Below, piece by piece: positions 58,247-64,000 of a stretch of DNA of 64,000 nucleotides; positions within the stretch are counted from its first letter, which is position 1; every line of letters begins with the position of its first letter. This stretch comes from a virus. The DNA lies in the IMG/VR virus record IMGVR_UViG_3300033148_003591, positions 37,996 through 101,995 of that record, one strand, 5' to 3'. Under the pieces are notes generated by a model, which searched no databases, was not told the origin of the DNA, and saw nothing but the letters and a program-made list of their open reading frames with translations. The translations under genes were made by a program, and so were the position numbers.

Positions 58247-59413
58247 TTAACATTTTAATTCCTCCAATAGTTTAATACCACTTTGACTAATAATCCGCTT
58301 ATGTGGTCTTTCTAAATATCCTTCTTCAACTAAAAATGGTTCAAAGTCAGTTATATAATCATCAGTATTTACACCTGCTTGTTGTGATAATGCACTGGCT
58401 GACATTGTTTTAGGATATTTACTATTAAGTATTTGTAATATCTTAATATCCATTGCAGTTAATCCATTTTTAATTATCTTATAATTGGTAATTAATTTAT
58501 TAATATCTTTATTTATTCTATAATGTTTAAGCATGTGGATTGCTTTTCTTGGTTCATTCCGGCAATTTTCTGCGACAACTTCCACAGCTTGCTTATCAAA
58601 GTTTTCTTTTGGATATACTTGCTCAATATACTGGTTTAATATATTTACAATATCATTTTTATTGTACTTATCAAACATAATAGGATAATTTACTCTGCCT
58701 AAAAAATCACCATTACCACGCTTAATTAATAAATTCTTATTAATGGTGCATCCTATAAATATAAAGGGGCGTAAATTTTTATCACCCAATTTGAAATCCT
58801 CAATCATAGGATTCATAACTTTACATAATTCTGGTTTAACAGTATCAACTTCATCAACAAATAAAATACAATATTCTTTATCTGACTTGTAAAATACATT
58901 CATAGCATTTATTAATGTGTCCATTGTAATTTGTTTACCTATCATTTCTATCATTTCAGCATCGAGTTCTTTTTGTATTACTCTCGCAAGAGAAGTTTTA
59001 CCAACACCTGGTTTGGCATAAAAGAAAAAATGAAATATCTCACCCATTCTAATTCCTTGTAGTGCATCTTTAATTATTTCCTTGTTTAAATCCTGTCCGA
59101 TAAATTCATCAAATGTGTTAGGTCTAAACTTAAATTTATTTGTTTTTGCACCCTCATAATTTAATAAATTGGCTGTATTTAATCCTTCATCTTTTATTAC
59201 AACTTCCATAGGTGAGTTATCATTGTGGCAATTCTCATTAGTATCTTTTAAATATTCTTCTAAACTTAATCCGGCTCTTGTAATATCGGACACTAATTCT
59301 TTTGAGTTATTTGTTTTTGTTTCACCGCATACAATCCAAGTAATTAAACTCTTACCTGAAAAATATAAACCAACACAAATAACTAATATAAATAATAGAG
59401 TGATTATATCCAT
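58247..59413 (-). CDS. ruvB: RuvB-like AAA+ ATPase with N-terminal membrane anchor
   Basis: 'FRPNTFDEFIGQ', 'KPGVGKTSLA', 'LFVDE', 'FIFIGCT', 'EPR', 'GLT..D', 'EPFLV..G'. Confidence 0.75.
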   Translation of the reverse strand: MDIITLLFILVICVGLYFSGKSLITWIVCGETKTNNSKELVSDITRAGLSLEEYLKDTNENCHNDNSPMEVVIKDEGLNTANLLNYEGAKTNKFKFRPNTFDEFIGQDLNKEIIKDALQGIRMGEIFHFFFYAKPGVGKTSLARVIQKELDAEMIEMIGKQITMDTLINAMNVFYKSDKEYCILFVDEVDTVKPELCKVMNPMIEDFKLGDKNLRPFIFIGCTINKNLLIKRGNGDFLGRVNYPIMFDKYNKNDIVNILNQYIEQVYPKENFDKQAVEVVAENCRNEPRKAIHMLKHYRINKDINKLITNYKIIKNGLTAMDIKILQILNSKYPKTMSASALSQQAGVNTDDYITDFEPFLVEEGYLERPHKRIISQSGIKLLEELKC

Positions 59414-59646
59414 TAACTTTTTTTCTCCGTTTTTGGTAAGTTAGGAATAGTCATAGGAGTAAATACACCTTCCCCTGTTTCTTTTTTGGACATAAAATTA
59501 CCATTGCATATATAGGCAAAACCATTACTAATTTTCCTAACTCTAACAGCACATAGTTCTTTATTGTCTTCTCCTTGAAATACATAACCATAAAACCAAT
59601 ACCAGCCAACTTTATTAGGAAATTCTTTTGTCCATTTATTTTCCAT
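59413..59646 (-). CDS. Hypothetical phage protein (WTKE.P...GWYW)
   Basis: SD; coupled to the RuvB-like gene. Confidence 0.55.
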   Translation of the reverse strand: MENKWTKEFPNKVGWYWFYGYVFQGEDNKELCAVRVRKISNGFAYICNGNFMSKKETGEGVFTPMTIPNLPKTEKKS

Positions 59647-59662
59647 AATATATCATCCTTCC

Positions 59663-59872
59663 TTATTGACACTGTACACAAACAAATGTTTTCTCACGTT
59701 CTTCTGTATATAAAGGTCTGTTTCGTTCATTAATTCTAAATGTTCTTAATTCACCGCACTTTCCTGTGCATCTCCATGTTACTGATGGTAAATGATGTAA
59801 GGTTGTATCTTCTTTGCGTTGTTTCTTAATTTTTTTATTCTTTTTCTTTTCAGCTTTTTGCTTTTTTCTCAT
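59663..59872 (-). CDS. Basic Zn-ribbon protein
   Basis: K-rich N-terminus, CxxxC...CxxC; SD GGAGG. Confidence 0.5.
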   Translation of the reverse strand: MRKKQKAEKKKNKKIKKQRKEDTTLHHLPSVTWRCTGKCGELRTFRINERNRPLYTEEREKTFVCVQCQ

Positions 59873-59897
59873 GGTATATTATTCCTCCCAACAATAA

Positions 59898-59926
59898 AGT
59901 ATATCATATCCCTTTTAAAATTGCAA
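59898..59926 (-). promoter_or_regulatory. Putative promoter TTGCAA-17 bp-TATACT (extended -10)
   Basis: Reverse complement: TTGCAA TTTTAAAAGGGATATGA TATACT, upstream of GGAGG. Confidence 0.55.
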
Positions 59927-60025
59927 ATTTATTTTTAATCATACATTCCATCTTTTCCATATTTAATCATAACAAGTATAGCAATAAAAAGAAATAAAAA
60001 CCAACAAGCTGCAAATATTTGCATT

Positions 60026-60268
60026 TTACTTTCCTCCTGCGGTTCTACCAAGTTCGGTAATTTTAATATTAAATTTTGTCATATCTTCATTCGCTGTAAC
60101 TTGTGCATATCCTTTATCTATTAAACTCTCCATTGCTTCTATTCTTTCTTCTAATCCGATATTATTAGGAATATCTTTACCATTTTTAAAAACAAATGCT
60201 TTAATAATTGCCCTCATTGTTTTTCGTTGACCTTCTGGTAAATCTTTTATTAACGGTTTACTTCTCAT
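60026..60268 (-). CDS. Hypothetical protein (possible winged helix)
   Basis: 'LIDKGYA...KITELG'. Confidence 0.45.
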   Translation of the reverse strand: MRSKPLIKDLPEGQRKTMRAIIKAFVFKNGKDIPNNIGLEERIEAMESLIDKGYAQVTANEDMTKFNIKITELGRTAGGK

Positions 60269-60690
60269 TTTACTTTCCTCCCTTTATCAACAATAGTTAT
60301 TCCTTGTAAATGGTCGTACTCATGCTGAAATATAATCGCTTTCATTCCTGTTACACCACCCTTTATTAATCTTCCTCCGGCATCTAAAAATTCAGCCCAT
60401 ATTTCCAAAGAACGCTCAACCATATATTCACCGTCTACACTTAAACAACCCTCTTTAATTTGTCCTTTACGCTCACCATATTTAGTGATTACAGGATTAT
60501 AAAACACTTCATCGGTTATAATAAACATCTGTGATAATATACCAATTTGAACACCAGCAAGACCGTAACCGCCATTTTCACGCATTACTTTACGCATAAG
60601 TTTTATTCTTCCACCTAAAAATGGTATTAAATATTGACTTACTGGCACAGATGGCGAAGATAATATTGTATCGGGATATTTTCTAAGCAT
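60265..60690 (-). CDS. def: Peptide deformylase
   Basis: 'GYGLAGVQIG', 'NP', 'EGCLS', 'QHEYDHLQG'. Confidence 0.93.
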   Translation of the reverse strand: MLRKYPDTILSSPSVPVSQYLIPFLGGRIKLMRKVMRENGGYGLAGVQIGILSQMFIITDEVFYNPVITKYGERKGQIKEGCLSVDGEYMVERSLEIWAEFLDAGGRLIKGGVTGMKAIIFQHEYDHLQGITIVDKGRKVK

Positions 60691-60691
60691 A

Positions 60692-60988
60692 TTAAGCCCT
60701 TTCTGATTCTGCTATTATTTGTCTTAACATATTAATCATTTCTCTTTCAGTATATTTAGTAGATACTAAACCTTCTTCAATTTCTTTACAAACTTCAACT
60801 AATTTATCATGCATATTCCAGCATTTAACTAATCGTTTTGCGTTGGCTTTAGATTCGTTCAAAGACATTTCTTCATTACTTCTATAAAGATATACCTCGC
60901 AAATATAATCTTTATCACTTCCAATAAGTTGTGTACCTCTATCACAATGAATATCTGACAAAAATATTTTCCCTTTTGTATGTTCCAT
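60692..60988 (-). CDS. Hypothetical phage protein (HT.G...ANA.R...CWN)
   Basis: SD AAGGAG; common early-gene motif. Confidence 0.55.
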   Translation of the reverse strand: MEHTKGKIFLSDIHCDRGTQLIGSDKDYICEVYLYRSNEEMSLNESKANAKRLVKCWNMHDKLVEVCKEIEEGLVSTKYTEREMINMLRQIIAESERA

Positions 60989-60996
60989 ATTATCTC

Positions 60997-61121
60997 TCCT
61001 TATATTAATATTCTATTCCACATTTTTCGCAACATTCTATACCCAATATATCATCATATAACATATCTCCACCACACCAATAACATTTTTTCATTATTAT
61101 ACGTTCCTTATATTAATATTC
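60997..61121. repeat. 17-bp direct repeat TCCTTATATTAATATTC flanking a 29-aa Zn-ribbon ORF
   Basis: Copies at 60997-61013 and 61105-61121. Confidence 0.65.
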
Positions 61122-61274
61122 ATCTACATTTTTACGATGTAAACCAACTCCAGCCCTTGCCGGATTAATAAAGTTCTTCATAATATGTTTATAATCAGTA
61201 ATGACTTGCTTATCTTTTTTCGCTTCCATTTCTGCCTTCAATCCTTCTTTTGTGGGTTTCTGTTTGTTGCTCAT
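61113..61274 (-). CDS. Small hypothetical protein
   Basis: SD GGAGG before MSNKQ. Confidence 0.45.
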   Translation of the reverse strand: MSNKQKPTKEGLKAEMEAKKDKQVITDYKHIMKNFINPARAGVGLHRKNVDEY

Positions 61275-61299
61275 TTTATTTTTCCTCCTCTGGTTAATT

Positions 61300-61605
61300 T
61301 TAAATAATATCTTTATATTCTTGTGCTTCTTCATTATCAAACTTTGGCGGATTTTCTGCTGGTAAATTATCATATTCTGTCAGTTCTTCCGTTACATCCT
61401 CTCCGGCTTCTACTGCCAGCGTATCAGCTAACTCCTGTGTTTCTGTTTCCTTTTGTACTTTCATCCCCTGCAACATAGGCAATGCGTGAGGTACTCTTTT
61501 TCCTTTTGAATTTGTATAGAACGCCTTACCGCCTATTTTATTAGCCATTGAATATCTAACCCTCATTTTTGCCTGATATTTACTTTTTTTCTTTTCTTGA
61601 GACAT
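61300..61605 (-). CDS. Hypothetical protein with basic N-terminus and acidic C-terminus
   Basis: SD AGGAGG. Confidence 0.55.
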   Translation of the reverse strand: MSQEKKKSKYQAKMRVRYSMANKIGGKAFYTNSKGKRVPHALPMLQGMKVQKETETQELADTLAVEAGEDVTEELTEYDNLPAENPPKFDNEEAQEYKDII

Positions 61606-61614
61606 TATATATGC

Positions 61615-62286
61615 CCTCCTATGTTAAAGGTTAATAACTCAGATAAACACATCTTCCGCTTGATAATTCAAAATAATTGTCATTATTTAATAAATCACTT
61701 GCAAACGCTTCATAATCAAAATACTTTTCTACACTTTTGAAATTTTCAATAAAGTTTTCCGCTTCTTCTATTCCTAATTTTTCGGCTGTATCAAAAACCC
61801 CTCCTAATATACCCCTATCCCGATACGACAAATAATATTCATCAAATACCTCGTCAATCTCTTCGTTAGTTAATCCTATTTCATCTTGAATATATTGTCT
61901 TTCTTCTTGTATTACTTCCTCAAATAGTTTTTGATTTTCTTCTGATTCCAGCTTTTTAAAAATCGGCTCAATACCTTCAAGGATATATAAGCCTTGTTTA
62001 TATCTTACAGAACCCTTTGTTATTCCATGTCCTAAAGTATTTAACTGTTTATCCGCTTCAACTAATAACATTAATTCTTCTTTTAATAATACAGATTTTA
62101 TATCTTTCGGCAATTCTAAACTCCTACTAAAACAAGCACCTAATAAATGGATTCCTCCAAAATAATGTCCGCATTCAAATTTAGGTCTCTCAATATAATT
62201 GACAACATCTCTATCGTCACTATTTAATTCTTTAAAAATAAATAATGTTTTACCCATAATATTAATCCTCCTATGTTAAGGTTAAT
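61615..62286. repeat. 20/21-bp direct repeat (ATTAACCTT[T]AACATAGGAGG on the - strand) flanking the ArdA-like gene
   Basis: Copies at 61615-61635 and 62267-62286. Confidence 0.7.
61631..62257 (-). CDS. ArdA-like antirestriction (DNA mimic) domain protein
   Basis: Acidic C-terminal half with 'EKLG.E', 'KYFDYEAFASDL'. Confidence 0.55.
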   Translation of the reverse strand: MGKTLFIFKELNSDDRDVVNYIERPKFECGHYFGGIHLLGACFSRSLELPKDIKSVLLKEELMLLVEADKQLNTLGHGITKGSVRYKQGLYILEGIEPIFKKLESEENQKLFEEVIQEERQYIQDEIGLTNEEIDEVFDEYYLSYRDRGILGGVFDTAEKLGIEEAENFIENFKSVEKYFDYEAFASDLLNNDNYFELSSGRCVYLSY

Positions 62287-62301
62287 TTCCTGATATAGTC
62301 A

Positions 62302-62330
62302 AGTATACACTAAAAAATAAATTTTGTCAA
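62302..62330 (-). promoter_or_regulatory. Sigma70-type promoter TTGACA-17 bp-TATACT
   Basis: Reverse complement: TTGACA AAATTTATTTTTTAGTG TATACT. Confidence 0.8.
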
Positions 62331-62337
62331 GCTCTGG

Positions 62338-62835
62338 TTAAAATTTAAACATAAAGCGACATTGAACACCTTTATCTTTTGTTATGCCTATTAAAGCCAT
62401 TTTGTGTTTTTTATTACTTTCCCAACCTATTGAAATTCCAAAGTCTTTTGAATAGTCTATTGTTTTACTATACACAGGGCTTATAGACTTACCATTATAA
62501 TAAAAACCCTCTAACTGTTTATGTTTAAATTTGTTAATACCTATTTCTGTTATTATAGAAAAATTATTATTTACTTTTCTACCTACTAATAAAGAAATCC
62601 CTGTACCATAACAAATGTTATTATAGTTAGGAAAATATTTTTTTGTTATGTAAGGCAAAAAATAAGATAGGCTTGTGCCATAAATTAGCTTATTATCTAC
62701 TTTCAAATAAGTTATGCCTATATTTGACTGTTTACCTTTTCCACCAACATTTAACCCTAAGTAATCTTGACAGTAAGACAATTGACAAGTAAGCACTACC
62801 ATAAGACTTAAAATTAAACACATAAACTTTTTCAT
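62338..62835 (-). CDS. Secreted protein, probable small outer-membrane beta-barrel
   Basis: Signal peptide, Gly/aromatic amphipathic strands, terminal 'RFMFKF'. Confidence 0.5.
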   Translation of the reverse strand: MKKFMCLILSLMVVLTCQLSYCQDYLGLNVGGKGKQSNIGITYLKVDNKLIYGTSLSYFLPYITKKYFPNYNNICYGTGISLLVGRKVNNNFSIITEIGINKFKHKQLEGFYYNGKSISPVYSKTIDYSKDFGISIGWESNKKHKMALIGITKDKGVQCRFMFKF

Positions 62836-62857
62836 TCTTTAGCCTCCCATATTGTAT

Positions 62858-62886
62858 AGTTTACACTAAAATTTTTTATTTGTCAA
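62858..62886 (-). promoter_or_regulatory. Sigma70-type promoter TTGACA-17 bp-TAAACT
   Basis: Reverse complement: TTGACA AATAAAAAATTTTAGTG TAAACT; spacer similar to the 62302 promoter. Confidence 0.75.
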
Positions 62887-62934
62887 TAGCATATAGCGTT
62901 TTATTCAATGTAACATGTTTATCGTTTTTATTGT

Positions 62935-63270
62935 TTATATATATATAGTGATAATACATTTATTGTTATTCACGACTAAAATTAAGTCTATATCATTTAT
63001 ATATGGCACTCTATAACATGTTTTTATTATTTTATTATCTTGACTGTAATATTCAAAAACTTGTCTGGCTTCTAAAACTAAATTTTTAATATACAATAAC
63101 ACGGCTTTATTATCTATTAACCTATACTTTAAATTATCCAGACAATGCGTGCTATATTGCCATTTTAAGCCATTTAATTTATCAGTCAAGGCTTGTATAT
63201 GTGCCAGCGCATTATTAGGAAAGTATATCTTTTTATGGTATCTTAGCATGGTTATATTATCCTTTTTCAT
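62935..63270 (-). CDS. Hypothetical phage protein
   Basis: 'RYHKKIYFP', 'YSTH', 'FEYY', 'IITIY'. Confidence 0.5.
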   Translation of the reverse strand: MKKDNITMLRYHKKIYFPNNALAHIQALTDKLNGLKWQYSTHCLDNLKYRLIDNKAVLLYIKNLVLEARQVFEYYSQDNKIIKTCYRVPYINDIDLILVVNNNKCIITIYI

Positions 63271-63426
63271 GGTTATGTTATACTCTTATTTCAATTTTAT
63301 AATTATTATTAATTTTACCGCTTTTTAAATGCTTTTCAATTGCTGTCTGTGCTAAATAAAAACTTTTATGTCTTGATATTACCTTATTCATACAAATAAC
63401 ATAATACATTTATACCCTCCTATTGT

Positions 63427-63600
63427 TTATAAAACCTTATTCATTTTTATAAGATTTTTTTGTATATTTTGCAAGCGTTCCATATCGCATTTATACGCCT
63501 TGTCTATCAATTTAAGCTGTGCTTTTTTATGTCTTAAGGCTTTAAATAGTTTATTCATGCTTTCCAGCCGTTCTGCTTGTCTTTTGTCTTGTGAGTTCAT
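63427..63600 (-). CDS. Small hypothetical protein
   Basis: SD AAGGCGG before MNSQ. Confidence 0.45.
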   Translation of the reverse strand: MNSQDKRQAERLESMNKLFKALRHKKAQLKLIDKAYKCDMERLQNIQKNLIKMNKVL

Positions 63601-63616
63601 AACATACCGCCTTATA

Positions 63617-63805
63617 TTAATGTTTAATAACAAATACACTTGCATTTTCATATAACCACAAAAAACTTTTCCATGAATTAAATGTTCGTTTTACTTTATA
63701 AATGGCATGCTCTTTATTATTAGCCGATACAATACTGTTATTCGCTTCTATTCTCTCGTTTATTCCTGTTAAATTGTTTGTATAGTATACTTTATAATGC
63801 TTCAT
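63617..63805 (-). CDS. Small hypothetical protein
   Basis: SD AGGAGG before MKHY. Confidence 0.45.
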   Translation of the reverse strand: MKHYKVYYTNNLTGINERIEANNSIVSANNKEHAIYKVKRTFNSWKSFLWLYENASVFVIKH

Positions 63806-64000
63806 TAAAAACCTCCTATTATTTATCAAGCATTAATTTTTCTATTTGTGCGTTCCTTTTATTTACAACATTAACACCAAGTTTAGCAACATTAACGGCA
63901 ATAAATATGTAAACGAGTATTACAATAACTATGATAATAGACTTGTACATTTTATACCCTCCCATATTTAGTTGATAATTTTTACACCTCATATATAGGC

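Noticed and set aside
5752-61168. Many + strand ORFs in the track (e.g. 7347, 23018, 28366, 53833), the - strand ORFs 589 and 4050, and same-strand alternate-frame ORFs 6935, 48344 and 59451
   Set aside because: Shadow ORFs lying within well-supported genes, with no SD and F/L/I/S-biased composition
62887-62950. AT-rich stretch with a TA run as replication origin
   Set aside because: Not distinguishable from background in such an AT-rich genome; no clear iterons
1-64000. CRISPR array
   Set aside because: No regularly spaced 25-45 bp repeats seen; the recurring motif is a dispersed promoter
1-64000. Stop-codon reassignment
   Set aside because: Conserved genes are full length under the standard code; TAA, TAG and TGA all end genes before SD-led starts

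Overview
This is a very AT-rich, gene-dense 64 kb segment of a tailed dsDNA phage (Caudoviricetes-like) using the standard genetic code and strong AAGGAG/GGAGG Shine-Dalgarno sites. Positions 1-4652 (+) hold the end of the tail/baseplate module plus an HNH gene. Everything from 4633 onward is on the - strand and converges on it. Reading in transcription order from the right end: (1) small early genes (ArdA-like, peptide deformylase, membrane-anchored RuvB-like ATPase); (2) a B12-radical SAM + divergent Fic + BT1 transporter cassette; (3) tRNA-His and a tyrosine recombinase; (4) nucleotide/RNA-repair genes (kinase, HAD, RNA ligase, NDT-like hydrolase, dATP/dGTP diphosphohydrolase-like); (5) replication/recombination genes (5'-3' exonuclease, SSB-like, primase-helicase, RuvC, RecA, DnaQ, tandem ClpP, family B polymerase, split SbcC, SbcD, ATP-dependent ligase); (6) a glycan-modification cluster. 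The strongest candidate for a new system is in that cluster. An intact-looking KdsA is translationally coupled to a 1062-aa fusion (B12-radical SAM + GT2 + KpsS/KpsC-like beta-Kdo transferase + LicD-like domain), suggesting phage-directed Kdo glycosylation; Kdo also points to a Gram-negative host. Other notable signals are a repeated promoter+RBS cassette with a 16-bp spacer, a degenerate tRNA-like element before the primase, a gene flanked by 12-bp inverted repeats with a tetranucleotide-repeat leader, and about 8 modular homing endonucleases. All functional calls come from motif recognition by eye; no database searches were run.
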